A stretch of DNA of 64,000 nt from an uncultured Hyphomicrobiaceae bacterium (GCA_964461525.1 CAYWUX010000004.1:156870-220869), one strand, 5' to 3'. Shown: positions 48,609 through 58,662, numbered from the stretch's first letter. Notes: generated from the sequence alone by a model not told the origin. Made by a program: numbers and translations.

Positions 48609-50432
48609 CTATCTTAATTCAAGCTCCAGGTCCCGAATTCTGCTTACTGCTTTGTCTTGTCCAAGTTCAGCCGCAAGTTTGTACCATCTGATTGCTTCTG
48701 CAACGTCGCCATGGACGCCGTGCACAGGTTTTTGTGCCATCCACTGCGGGTCATAGGTCTGGGCCAATGCATAGGCGCCAGCGCCATTGCCATTATTGGC
48801 CAGGTGCGCAAAAGCCAGACGGGCACTGGCGATATCTCCATCGCGTAGCAACCTCTGGCCCCTCGCCAGCAGACCGGCCTTAAGGGAAGGCGAAAGTCCG
48901 TTTTCAGGATGCTGGAATGACTGTTGAGTTTCTGTGGTCTGAGGCTTGAGTTCAGACTGTCGTGAGTTATTCTTTTCTGCGCCAATAATGGATGTCCCGC
49001 GAATTAAATTTTGTGTCTGATTCTCTGTCTCCGATGAAGCGAGAACGGTCGAGCCCCTGTTTCCAGTATTCCCTTTCTGAAACGGTTCAATATTCACGGT
49101 CATAAAACTCGTGGCTGTGATGCTATTCTCACTATCCCTAAGTTCGATACCGACATCGAACGGCCCCTGAAACTCAGAGTCCGAAATGAGCGTCAGCCCC
49201 GACAGTTCCCGGATCGGAACTGTCCAAGTTCGATTGTTCCGTATTCCAGCTGATAGCATGATTTCATCTGGAATTCCGCGCAATGTTACTGATCCATCTC
49301 TGTCAAATCTGTCAGCAGGCAATTTGATTAATACCGTCAGATTTTGACCAGCGGGACCCGCTATACTTTCAACCGATAACTTATCATTTTCCGCAGTATT
49401 ACCTTTATTTACACCAGACCGAAGCGCATTTTCCGGCTCGTCGGATTGCGCTGACAATTCTGGACGCAATTTTTCTTCAATTGCAGAGTTGTGAGCTCGT
49501 AACTGTGATATAAATTTATCTGGTCTGATTTCGGTGGTGTCGTCTTCGGAAATACTAGACGCGATTGTCTGTTCGGCCAGGTCCTTTGGTGGATTTACAA
49601 CGCTGGGTTTGTCACCTTCCTGGTCATGAGCTGCTTGCTGCTGTAGCATATAAAGTTCGCTAACCAACGGTTCCACTTTTCCCACGACGTAATATAGCCC
49701 AGCCGAAATGACAACCAGGGTAAGACCAATTCCCAGAAACCGGCTAGCGGAATATGAACGACGTTGTTCCGAAATCTGAGAAGTGCGGGCGAACACAGGA
49801 TCAGCTTCTTCATCCCAAAGCGCATCATCACGTGATTGGGGATCTTGATATTCAGAATCATAATGATTGAGGTTCTGTTTGGGACCAGGAATCTGGGGAG
49901 GTTCGTGACGTTGGTTATAAGGCAGTTGCTGGGCGAGTGCCGGCTGCCGTACGACAATTTGGCCGCCAACCTGATCTGGTGATGAGTTCCAGGCGACTTT
50001 AGTTGAATCTGCCGGAGTACCGCTTGCGGCGTCATCTGAATTTGAATGATTACGTTTGTTGTTGGCGGGAAAGTTTTTCGTTTGAGTGAGTTTCTTAACA
50101 TTTGAGTCAACATGCTGCCAAGCCTGCTCCATCTGGTTGGATGGTCGGAACATTTGAGTCGAACGGGCGGTCTGCTTGGCGGCTTGTCGTGCCTGATCTT
50201 CCGCCAGTTTGGTTTTTTGCTGGTTAATGCGATCTAGCAGACGATGACTTTTTTCGGAACCCTCAAATGGCACGTATTGCGATGCAGTTGCTGAATGTCG
50301 AATGTGCTTACCAGGTTCTGGATTCGATGCGGTCGTTCTGACCGGATTTGAAGAACCGTAATAATTGTTGGTATGATCGAAACCACCTGCATTCTCAGAA
50401 TTGGATTTCGATTTTATATCGGACCCGGACAT
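48609..50432 (-). CDS. Bitopic membrane protein with Q/N/S-rich cytoplasmic N-terminal region and C-terminal Sel1-type repeat(s)
   Basis: 607 aa. A single TM (FLGIGLTLVVISAGLYYVV) lies near residue 240. The C-terminus ASARLAFAHLANNGNGAGAYALAQTYDP...DVAEAIRWYKLAAELGQ fits Sel1/TPR-like repeats. Confidence 0.7.
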   Translation of the reverse strand: MSGSDIKSKSNSENAGGFDHTNNYYGSSNPVRTTASNPEPGKHIRHSATASQYVPFEGSEKSHRLLDRINQQKTKLAEDQARQAAKQTARSTQMFRPSNQMEQAWQHVDSNVKKLTQTKNFPANNKRNHSNSDDAASGTPADSTKVAWNSSPDQVGGQIVVRQPALAQQLPYNQRHEPPQIPGPKQNLNHYDSEYQDPQSRDDALWDEEADPVFARTSQISEQRRSYSASRFLGIGLTLVVISAGLYYVVGKVEPLVSELYMLQQQAAHDQEGDKPSVVNPPKDLAEQTIASSISEDDTTEIRPDKFISQLRAHNSAIEEKLRPELSAQSDEPENALRSGVNKGNTAENDKLSVESIAGPAGQNLTVLIKLPADRFDRDGSVTLRGIPDEIMLSAGIRNNRTWTVPIRELSGLTLISDSEFQGPFDVGIELRDSENSITATSFMTVNIEPFQKGNTGNRGSTVLASSETENQTQNLIRGTSIIGAEKNNSRQSELKPQTTETQQSFQHPENGLSPSLKAGLLARGQRLLRDGDIASARLAFAHLANNGNGAGAYALAQTYDPQWMAQKPVHGVHGDVAEAIRWYKLAAELGQDKAVSRIRDLELELR

Positions 50433-51143
50433 TTACCCTCTACCCTCCTCAACCCTTACCGCTTTACAGATTTGATTGCGGTACAAAACTTAACAATTCT
50501 AAACACTAAATGTCGGGGATTGATTGCATCGCGTTTTTCAGATCCAACGATGCCGTGTCGCACACGTTTGATCTTCACATGAGTCCCATGGAAAACTGGA
50601 AAGACCGAATTAGCCGGTTTGTGCTGGGAAGTCCGCGTATATTCCACATACGGATGGAATACCGACGTTCCCCCAGTCACGTTCTGTAAATTTGCCGCCC
50701 TACAACGATCTCTGGTACGCATAACTCAAAATCCCAGAAATATCGCAGCTCATCTAATCTCACCCCGACTACAAGGTCATAAAAAATAATGGCGGAACTT
50801 TGTTCCGCTATGAATTCCCATTGATTTTTGGCTTGTATTTGGTTTGGGTTCTGAGGTGAAGTAGACTCATTATCAGGCGACAATAGATGACGCTGACAGA
50901 ATGAAATTATGGAGCCTAATTGTTGAATTAGGGAATTTTTGGCAGGATTAGATGAATTCTGCCCCATTCCGTGAAAAAGAGGCATCGACAAAGGCAATAA
51001 TTTCCGCTATGAAGTCGGCTTTTCCAACAGCATTTGGATGCTAGGCGGGTAAGCTGGTTGGCTTGTCGAGTGACTAGTTAAATTGAGCGTTATTTGCAAT
51101 GACCCTCCCGCGCAGTAGAGGTGTAGTATAAGGTTATGGGCTG

Positions 51144-51845
51144 ATGAATATCATCGAACAGCTGGAGACGGAGCATTCAGAGGAATTGGGGTCGCAACGA
51201 CCTATTCCTGAATTTGCACCCGGTGATACGGTGCGGGTCAACGTTAAAGTTAAAGAAGGTACGCGAGAACGTGTGCAGGCCTATGAGGGCGTATGCATAG
51301 CACGTTCCGGTGGCGGGCTGAATGAGAGTTTTACCGTTCGGAAAATTTCATATGGCGAAGGTGTCGAACGGGTATTTCCGATATATTCGCCGCTTATAGA
51401 ATCCATAGAAGTTATGCGTCGTGGCAAGGTTCGGCGCGCAAAGCTTTACTATCTTCGCGGGCGTCGCGGAAAATCGGCGCGAATTCCGGAACGTGTCGAC
51501 GCTCGGGGTAAAAAACTCTCAGCTCGGGACAATTTTAAAGGTTTTAAAAAGCCAAAAGGTGACCCTGATGATTTAAAGCTCATCAACGGAGTTGGAGAAG
51601 AACTCGAAAAGCGACTCAACAAGCTGGGAATTGTCCGATTTGAGCAAATCGCCAATTTCTCAGACGATGAAATTTCCAAAGTCGACGAGGTCCTGAATTT
51701 TAAAGGACGGATAGAAAGAGAAGATTGGATCGGTCAGGCCAGTGAGCTGATGGCGGCCACGACGGTCGACGAAGTCCCTGTTCAGGAAGACGACACAGCA
51801 CAAAAGAGTGCCGGCAAAGACGATAGTGAAGCTAAAAAGGGTTAG
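51144..51845 (+). CDS. rplS: 50S ribosomal protein L19 with a roughly 115-aa C-terminal extension containing an HhH-like module
   Basis: The L19 core is [58 protein letters not shown]...[18 protein letters not shown]. It is followed by [31 protein letters not shown]...[18 protein letters not shown] and an acidic tail. The ORF is uninterrupted at 233 aa. Confidence 0.9.
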   Translation: MNIIEQLETEHSEELGSQRPIPEFAPGDTVRVNVKVKEGTRERVQAYEGVCIARSGGGLNESFTVRKISYGEGVERVFPIYSPLIESIEVMRRGKVRRAKLYYLRGRRGKSARIPERVDARGKKLSARDNFKGFKKPKGDPDDLKLINGVGEELEKRLNKLGIVRFEQIANFSDDEISKVDEVLNFKGRIEREDWIGQASELMAATTVDEVPVQEDDTAQKSAGKDDSEAKKG

Positions 51846-52057
51846 AGAGAGCTGAGATTACACTGCCTGCTGAAGTCCGTAAATAGTCAGGCCAAGTTCC
51901 TTCTGTCCGTAAAATTTCGCTTTGATCGCCGTCAGGTTTAGACTTTGCCGATGTTTCGAAATCTGTGAACGCAACCGTTCTTGACGGAACGCTTAATATT
52001 TCGCATATCTCTTTAGAAAATATCGCTTTTCAGGAAAGTATTGGGAGATTAAGCGCG

Positions 52058-53464
52058 ATGTCTGCGCCAACAACAATTTACGACAAAATTTGGGACAGCC
52101 ATGTCGTGCATGAACAGGATGATGGCACTTGCCTTCTCTATATTGATCGACATCTGGTTCACGAGGTGACCAGTCCTCAGGCATTTGAAGGGTTGAGACT
52201 GACTGGCCGGAAAGTCCGCGCTCCGGAAAAAAATCTTGCGGTTGTTGACCATAATGTGCCGACGACCGACCGATCCCGAGGCATAGACGACCCTGAATCT
52301 TTAATTCAGGTCGAGGCTCTTGCCAAAAACTGCGCGGAATTTGGTATAGAGTATTTCAATGAGGTTGACCCCCGGCAGGGAATTGTCCATATCATCGGAC
52401 CCGAGCAGGGATTTACGCTTCCGGGTACGACGATCGTCTGCGGCGACAGTCATACGGCCACTCATGGTGCTTTCGGTGCCCTGGCTCACGGTATAGGCAC
52501 GTCGGAAGTTGAACACGTCCTGGCGACACAGACTTTGATCCAGAAAAAGTCGAAAAATATGAAAGTTAGTGTTGAAGGAGATCTGCCCGAATCCCTTTCG
52601 GCGAAAGATATTATTTTGGCGATAATTGGAGAAATTGGAACTGCCGGCGGAACGGGTCATGTGATCGAATTTGGTGGATCTGCCATTCGATCGTTGTCGA
52701 TGGAAGGCCGAATGACAGTCTGTAATATGACCATTGAAGCAGGAGCCAGAGCCGGGCTCATTGCGCCGGACGACAAAACCTATGACTATCTCAAAGGCCG
52801 GCCACGTGCGCCGAAGGGCGGCGCCTGGGAACAGGCTTATGCTGAATGGCAGAAACTGGAATCTGATGATGATGCCAATTTTGACAGAGTAGTCGTTCTT
52901 GACGTGGCAAATCTTCCTCCTCTTGTAACCTGGGGTACAAGCCCTGAAGATGTTGTATCTGTTCTGGGGAAAGTTCCTGATCCCGATGCGCTGGAAAATG
53001 AAAACAAGCGCGCAGCCGTGAAGCGATCTCTGGAATATATGGGACTTACACCTGGTACGCAGATAACAGATATCAGTATTGACCGAGTATTCATCGGTTC
53101 ATGTACGAATGGGCGGATTGAGGATTTACGTGCTGCCGCCAGAATTATTGGCGACAAGACTGTGAATGAGAATGTAAACGCAATGGTTGTTCCGGGCTCA
53201 GGTCTAGTCAAAGAGCAGGCGGAGAGTGAAGGACTGGACAAAATCTTCATTAATGCAGGATTTGAGTGGCGAGAACCCGGCTGTTCCATGTGCCTGGCCA
53301 TGAACGCCGATAAGTTGTCGCCTGGCGAGCGTTGCGCATCGACATCCAACCGTAACTTTGAAGGTCGGCAAGGAAGACAGGGCCGAACACATCTGGTATC
53401 GCCAGCAATGGCGGCGGCGGCGGCAATTGCAGGAAAATTCGTCGATATTCGTGAATTTTCATAA
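52058..53464 (+). CDS. leuC: 3-isopropylmalate dehydratase large subunit
   Basis: [17 protein letters not shown] start, with Fe-S contexts VCGDSHT, GSCTNGR and [10 protein letters not shown]. Confidence 0.95.
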   Translation: MSAPTTIYDKIWDSHVVHEQDDGTCLLYIDRHLVHEVTSPQAFEGLRLTGRKVRAPEKNLAVVDHNVPTTDRSRGIDDPESLIQVEALAKNCAEFGIEYFNEVDPRQGIVHIIGPEQGFTLPGTTIVCGDSHTATHGAFGALAHGIGTSEVEHVLATQTLIQKKSKNMKVSVEGDLPESLSAKDIILAIIGEIGTAGGTGHVIEFGGSAIRSLSMEGRMTVCNMTIEAGARAGLIAPDDKTYDYLKGRPRAPKGGAWEQAYAEWQKLESDDDANFDRVVVLDVANLPPLVTWGTSPEDVVSVLGKVPDPDALENENKRAAVKRSLEYMGLTPGTQITDISIDRVFIGSCTNGRIEDLRAAARIIGDKTVNENVNAMVVPGSGLVKEQAESEGLDKIFINAGFEWREPGCSMCLAMNADKLSPGERCASTSNRNFEGRQGRQGRTHLVSPAMAAAAAIAGKFVDIREFS

Positions 53465-53684
53465 ATCAGCCAAGCGGAAAACACCCTGCTTGCGAGGTCT
53501 GCTCAAATAGCGGAACGGAACTTGAACTTGTTCTGGATTTGTTAACATTGGTGTGCTATCAATCGGGCTATGACTATGAACCTTCATTTGGCAATTATCT
53601 GGATTACCGGCCCGGCCGCATAGTGCGTCCGGGATCGTTGTTATGTTGTAATCTGATTAATTACCCAAATTGAAGGAAATACTT

Positions 53685-54029
53685 ATGTCTTATGCGCCAT
53701 TAAGGCGAACTACTGACAGTTCGAGATCTACCAACCCGGTTACAACGCGCCTTGAGAATTCTCTCCCAAATTCACAGCAAAACGTTGTCAAAGCCCTTTA
53801 TTTTGTGACAGCGGATGCTGATCCAAATCTGCTTCCCCGTCTGATAGAGCCATTTGCCAAGCTCGGTTTTGTCCCTGATCGGGTTCATGCAGATCGTGAG
53901 GAATTTCAAAATCATACCCTTCGTGTTGATCTCAGATTAGCTGGCCTGTCCAATCGCTATGCCATGCTGATTGAGAAGGCGTTGAGATCGGTAATCGGAG
54001 TTCAGTCTGTCATAACGGTACTGGAATAG
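53685..54029 (+). CDS. Hypothetical small protein with ACT-like beta-alpha-beta-beta-alpha-beta pattern
   Basis: GAAGGAAA RBS 6-8 nt before the ATG at 53685. Residues about 35-114 (ALYFVTADADPNLLPRLIEPFAKLGFVPDRVHADRE...HTLRVDLRLAG...LIEKALRSVIGVQSVITV) resemble ACT/IlvH-like regulatory domains by pattern only. Confidence 0.5.
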   Translation: MSYAPLRRTTDSSRSTNPVTTRLENSLPNSQQNVVKALYFVTADADPNLLPRLIEPFAKLGFVPDRVHADREEFQNHTLRVDLRLAGLSNRYAMLIEKALRSVIGVQSVITVLE

Positions 54030-54305
54030 GAGTTTCGATAGTGCCGTTCTGTTTTTGACGTGATGACTGATTTCAACTCGCATTTCACAGCAAATCCCAT
54101 TGAGAGTAAGGGGCTGGAAATAATGCCTTATTAAAGTCCCGAACAACTTTAGGATAATATTCGGCAATTGTGAGTACCATCGGATGTCATCATACCTTGG
54201 TACAGGGCTTGCTTTAGATATCCAAGAAGATTTCCTTGTACCGGTCTGGGTACAAAGTAGAGTAAATATTGGGCAGTTATCATGCATGGGCTTCACTTCC
54301 GTCAG

Positions 54306-54818
54306 ATGAATCAAGTCTTTATTTTTTCGATGTTAATTGCCCTGTCTTGTCCTCAGGCGGTGTCGGCAAACCCAACCGTAAAGCAATATCTGCAGGTCGC
54401 TGGTGCTCAGGCGAAACTCATTCCAGCGGGGAAGCTAAGAATTGCCGGCCAATCCATGTACTGCGGGCGGCGCCCCACGGTTGTCGATCCAAATTTTGTC
54501 GATTACGGCGGTGCTTACCCGGGATTTATCATTCTCAATCCGAAATTGATGAGTAGACTCCCCAGCGCCGTACAACATTATGTATTCGCTCATGAATGCG
54601 GTCACCAATTCCGGGGTGCCGATGAGGCTGCGGCCGATTGCTTTGCCGTAAAACGTGGCCGCCGGCAGGGCTGGCTAACACTTAAGGGATTGGACCAGAT
54701 TTGCAGATTTATGATACCTCATAGTGGTGATTACATGCATCCGCCAGGGCCTGAACGATGTGCGAATATGCGTCAATGCTATAAAAATGCCATCAAATAT
54801 GGCGCCAACCGTCGATGA
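54306..54818 (+). CDS. Secreted Cys-rich protein with HExxH motif (putative small Zn-metallopeptidase-like protein)
   Basis: Signal-like MNQVFIFSMLIALSCPQAVSA, an HExxH motif in FAHECGHQF, and eight Cys in the predicted mature part. Confidence 0.55.
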   Translation: MNQVFIFSMLIALSCPQAVSANPTVKQYLQVAGAQAKLIPAGKLRIAGQSMYCGRRPTVVDPNFVDYGGAYPGFIILNPKLMSRLPSAVQHYVFAHECGHQFRGADEAAADCFAVKRGRRQGWLTLKGLDQICRFMIPHSGDYMHPPGPERCANMRQCYKNAIKYGANRR

Positions 54819-54914
54819 ACATTATAAACATTAAGTAAGATTGCACGTCTGCGCTAGCTGCGCTATGAGTGCCATGAAAGATAATAGTTCACTCTTTTGG
54901 TTGGGTTAAAACAA

Positions 54915-55520
54915 ATGGATAAATTTATAGAACACACCGGCGTGGTCGCCCCTCTGCCAATGATCAATGTCGATACTGACAAGATCATCCCTAAGCAGTT
55001 TTTAAAAACGATCCGACGTACCGGCTTGGGAAAAAACCTTTTTCATGAACTGCGTTATGACGATGAAGGAAATGAGATACCTCATTTTGTGCTAAACAAG
55101 CCCGCTTATCGAAATGCTAAGATTCTGGTTGCGCATGACAATTTTGGATGCGGGTCCAGTCGTGAGCACGCGCCCTGGGCGCTTCTTGATTTCGGTATAA
55201 AGTGCGTCATTGCCCCATCGTTTGCGGATATATTTTATTATAATTGTTTTAAAAATGGTGTGCTGCCGATCAAACTTCCCCAGGAGCTCGTTGACAAGCT
55301 CATGGACCACGCGCACCGGGGTGCTAATGCGACATTGACTGTAGATCTAGAGGCCCAGACAATAACGGGTCATGATGACGGAGAAATCAGTTTCGAAATT
55401 GATCCCTTCTTGAAGCAATGCCTGTTAGAGGGGCTGGATGATATTGATTTAACACTAAAGAAAGAATCATCGATAGCGTCCTATGAAGAAAAGGCGTCTG
55501 CCGAACGGCCCTGGTTGTAG
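54915..55520 (+). CDS. leuD: 3-isopropylmalate dehydratase small subunit
   Basis: [14 protein letters not shown] start, [15 protein letters not shown], 201 aa. Confidence 0.93.
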   Translation: MDKFIEHTGVVAPLPMINVDTDKIIPKQFLKTIRRTGLGKNLFHELRYDDEGNEIPHFVLNKPAYRNAKILVAHDNFGCGSSREHAPWALLDFGIKCVIAPSFADIFYYNCFKNGVLPIKLPQELVDKLMDHAHRGANATLTVDLEAQTITGHDDGEISFEIDPFLKQCLLEGLDDIDLTLKKESSIASYEEKASAERPWL

Positions 55521-55673
55521 TCCGGATGGATCCGGGTTTAATCTTCAGACCGGAAGTACTGTGATCAGGGACCAAACTTGTTTGAGGGAATTCTCATACT
55601 GAATTTTCCGATTCCGGATGGTCGGGCCAATTAAGGTGTCCGGACCAGTTTAAAGGATAATTCGCGAGGTTAA

Positions 55674-55922
55674 ATGGATATCGTAAAGCTTACCGCCCTG
55701 TTGCTTGCCATGCTCATGCTTTGTGGAGGAGGCTGGTTGGTTTACCGCCGGACCCCTGGCTGGGGCCCTTCGACGATACAGGCATTTGGTCTCGTACTTC
55801 TGGTCCCGACAATTATCATTCTGGCGGTTACAAACAGTCTGTCCAAGGAAATTCTGGCGACCCTGCTCGGCGGCGTTGTCGGTTTTATATTTGGACGCTC
55901 CGGTGGAGGAGACAACCGCTAG
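55674..55922 (+). CDS. Hypothetical small membrane protein (3 TM-like segments)
   Basis: 82-aa hydrophobic ORF between leuD and leuB. A competing antisense ORF (55650..56006) looks less protein-like. Confidence 0.4.
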   Translation: MDIVKLTALLLAMLMLCGGGWLVYRRTPGWGPSTIQAFGLVLLVPTIIILAVTNSLSKEILATLLGGVVGFIFGRSGGGDNR

Positions 55923-56064
55923 CACCGATATTATCTTCTGGACAATGTATGGATAGATAAATATTGCTTTGTCGGGCTCTGATTCTAAAAACCTGATGGA
56001 GTTCATTCAAATCATTGTGAAATATTATTGACAAAAATAGCCATTAGAAAGGCACGATAAGCAG

Positions 56065-57171
56065 ATGGCCACAATCAATCTTTTACTCCTTCCCGGCGAT
56101 GGTATAGGGGTTGAAGTTATCGCCGAAGTCAAACGGATCATTGATTGGTTTAATAACCGTGGAACAGCTACCTTTAATACCCAATCCGCACTGGTCGGCG
56201 GGGCATGTTATGACGCCCACAAGGTTTCCATCACAGATGAGACTGTCGATATTGCTAAAGCAAGCGACGCGATAATATTTGGTGCGGTCGGGGGCCCCAA
56301 ATGGGACGGGGTTCCTTACGATGTTCGGCCGGAGGCGGGTCTGCTTCGTTTGCGCAAGGAACTCGATTTATTTGCCAACCTCCGGCCGGCGATTGTCTAT
56401 CCTGCACTTGCCGATGCTTCAAGCCTGAAGCGAGAATATGTCGAAGGTTTAGATATATTGATATTGCGGGAGTTGACTGGCGGGACCTATTTTGGCGAAC
56501 CTAAAGAAATAGTCACACTTGAAAACGGTGAAAAACGTTGTGTTGATACGACAATCTATACAACCAGCGAGATTCAGCGTATTGCCGCCGTTGGATTCGA
56601 GCTGGCGCGGAAGCGCTCAAACAAAATTCATTCCGCTGAAAAACGCAATGTGATGAAGACCGGCGTTTTATGGAATGAAGTCGTCACAGAACTTCATGCC
56701 AGGGAGTTTTCTGATGTCGAGCTCCATCATATTCTTGCCGACAACTGTGCCATGCAACTCATCCGTGAGCCCAAACAATTCGATGTTATTGTCACGGACA
56801 ACCTGTTTGGCGATGTGCTTTCTGATGAGGCGGCTATGCTCACGGGATCACTGGGCATGTTGCCTTCAGCGTCGCTGGGAGCTGTCGATAATCAAGGCAA
56901 GCGTTCTGCCTTGTATGAACCTGTTCATGGAACAGCGCCTGATATAGCAGGTCAGAACAAAGCCAATCCCATCGCCATGATCGCTAGTTTTGCCATGGCC
57001 CTGCGTTATTCGTTCGATATGAATGAAGCTGCAGATTTGGTTGATAAAGCGATCTCCAATGTCCTGGATCAGGGATTACGTACCGGCGATATCATGCAGG
57101 AAGGCATGACGCTAGTTACCACTTCGGCTATGGGTGATGCGATAATCGCGCAATTGGAAGCATTGTCTTGA
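56065..57171 (+). CDS. leuB: 3-isopropylmalate dehydrogenase
   Basis: [54 protein letters not shown]. Confidence 0.95.
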   Translation: MATINLLLLPGDGIGVEVIAEVKRIIDWFNNRGTATFNTQSALVGGACYDAHKVSITDETVDIAKASDAIIFGAVGGPKWDGVPYDVRPEAGLLRLRKELDLFANLRPAIVYPALADASSLKREYVEGLDILILRELTGGTYFGEPKEIVTLENGEKRCVDTTIYTTSEIQRIAAVGFELARKRSNKIHSAEKRNVMKTGVLWNEVVTELHAREFSDVELHHILADNCAMQLIREPKQFDVIVTDNLFGDVLSDEAAMLTGSLGMLPSASLGAVDNQGKRSALYEPVHGTAPDIAGQNKANPIAMIASFAMALRYSFDMNEAADLVDKAISNVLDQGLRTGDIMQEGMTLVTTSAMGDAIIAQLEALS

Positions 57172-57337
57172 CCCGTCGAAGACAGTGACGGCTGATAAAC
57201 ATAATTTCAATGTTTTCAATAATGTGGAATTATTTAATTCGGGTTGATTATTCGTTCAGCTGTTTTTCGTTGCACGAGGAAATTGATGTCCAGCTTAATG
57301 TTTGTTCGACAATGAATTTAGAAGGAGAGTTGTTAAA

Positions 57338-57481
57338 ATGGAAATGAATGTCTTGGTCGCACAGCCAGTTGTCGCACTTATAGCGGGAATTCTGATTCTG
57401 ATTTTTCCCCAGCTGCTTAATTATGTTGTTGCAGCTTTTTTGATCATCTTTGGGCTCTTGGGATTACTGAACCATTTCTGA
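57338..57481 (+). CDS. DUF3096-like small membrane protein (47 aa; below the ORF-track cutoff)
   Basis: Translated by hand as MEMNVLVAQPVVALIAGILILIFPQLLNYVVAAFLIIFGLLGLLNHF. A strong RBS GAAGGAGAG ends 9 nt upstream. The pattern AGILILIFPxLLNY matches my recollection of DUF3096. Confidence 0.6.
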   Translation: MEMNVLVAQPVVALIAGILILIFPQLLNYVVAAFLIIFGLLGLLNHF

Positions 57482-57530
57482 ACCTTGGATGATAGCTATT
57501 CACTCGTCCAGTTAACAAGCCAGAAAATTG

Positions 57531-57932
57531 TTAGCGGAATTCGCTGATTGTCTGCAGAACACGAGAGGAAAATGCCTCGATAGCCTGAGATTTTTCGGTA
57601 TCGCTCAGCCCATCTTTTTGGTTGATTACGGGACAGTAAGCCGTCACAAGGTAATTAATGATTTCACCGGCCGTGGCAGCAGGATATTTTTGCTTTAGCT
57701 CCAATGCGACTTCCGTCACGACATTTTCTTGATTATTATTCATCAGCCGTTTTGTAAGTTTCTTAATATCGTCTGAACTTTCTTTTATGGTCCCGGCCTG
57801 TGCCCCTGTTTGGGGCAGCGGACATTCCAGGGCAAAGGCTGGGCTGAAAACAAATACAAACAATAATTTGATTGCAGTTACCCTAATAATCGGCAACTGA
57901 GTGAAGGAAATACTGCTATAGTTTGAGAACAT
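57531..57932 (-). CDS. Hypothetical secreted protein
   Basis: Signal-like AIKLLFVFVFSPAFA, two Cys, no recognised motif. Start set at the internal MFSNY. Confidence 0.5.
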   Translation of the reverse strand: MFSNYSSISFTQLPIIRVTAIKLLFVFVFSPAFALECPLPQTGAQAGTIKESSDDIKKLTKRLMNNNQENVVTEVALELKQKYPAATAGEIINYLVTAYCPVINQKDGLSDTEKSQAIEAFSSRVLQTISEFR

Positions 57933-58206
57933 GCTGCTTCGTACTTCTTGTGAAGTGAGTTTCCAATTGTAATCTAATACCGGGGGAAACAAAATAGAAA
58001 TAGTCCCGAGCGAGCACGAGGAAATTAGCGAAATCAGAAAGTGAGCTTTACAGTTTGGCCCAATTGTATTTCATAATCACGTTCTAACGGCGCCCAACAT
58101 ACCAAATTAGCCTTTATTCTAATAAGCTGGATCGGGCAAAAGAGTTTGCCGTATCTTTCCGAAACGGGATTTAACTTTGAAAAACGGATTTTGAAACAAC
58201 TGACAG

Positions 58207-58590
58207 ATGGATAGGATCGCCAACATGACAATCAACTTCCGAGTATTAATTTTATGCACTTGCTTACTAGTATTTGGGACTGTCTCTTCATCAGCTCAGT
58301 ATATTGGTCCGGGCTCTGAGGTGAAAGTGCATTCTGTTGCCCAGCTTCTCAAGGTTGGTAAGGATGACCAAAAGGTAAGTCTCGAAGGTTTTCTAATTCG
58401 TCAAGTCGGATCAGAGACTTATATTTTCAGTGATGGAACTGGAGAGATCCATGCCCGAATCGATGATGATAAATTTCCCAGGCAACCAATTGACGACAAA
58501 TTCAAGGTGCGTCTTGTCGGCGAGTATGATACCGATCTCGTAGATTCACCCATGATCGATGTCGATTGGATTGTTCAAATCGGTAAGTAA
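58207..58590 (+). CDS. YgiW/YdeI-family (BOF, OB-fold) periplasmic stress protein
   Basis: Signal peptide, then VSLEGFLIRQVGSETYIFSDGTGEIHARIDDDKF, typical of the YgiW/BOF family. Confidence 0.75.
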   Translation: MDRIANMTINFRVLILCTCLLVFGTVSSSAQYIGPGSEVKVHSVAQLLKVGKDDQKVSLEGFLIRQVGSETYIFSDGTGEIHARIDDDKFPRQPIDDKFKVRLVGEYDTDLVDSPMIDVDWIVQIGK

Positions 58591-58662
58591 ATCTGGAAAA
58601 TATCTCCGGCAAACAAGTCAAGACGCGTTAAAGGTTGTTCTCGACTGGGATATGCAAGTTAG

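Noticed and set aside
50456-50997. Two overlapping minus-strand ORFs (88 aa and 106 aa) in the gap before rplS.
   Set aside because: They have no motifs and overlap each other, and the longer one contains an internal terminator-like hairpin. They are treated as non-coding, but the region is flagged in the findings.
51846-52057. Searched the leuC upstream region for a Leu-codon-rich leader peptide or attenuator, or a T-box.
   Set aside because: No run of Leu codons, terminator/antiterminator pair or T-box-like sequence is visible. The long in-frame N-terminal extension in the ORF track (from 51965) is rejected in favour of the canonical [15 protein letters not shown] start at 52058.
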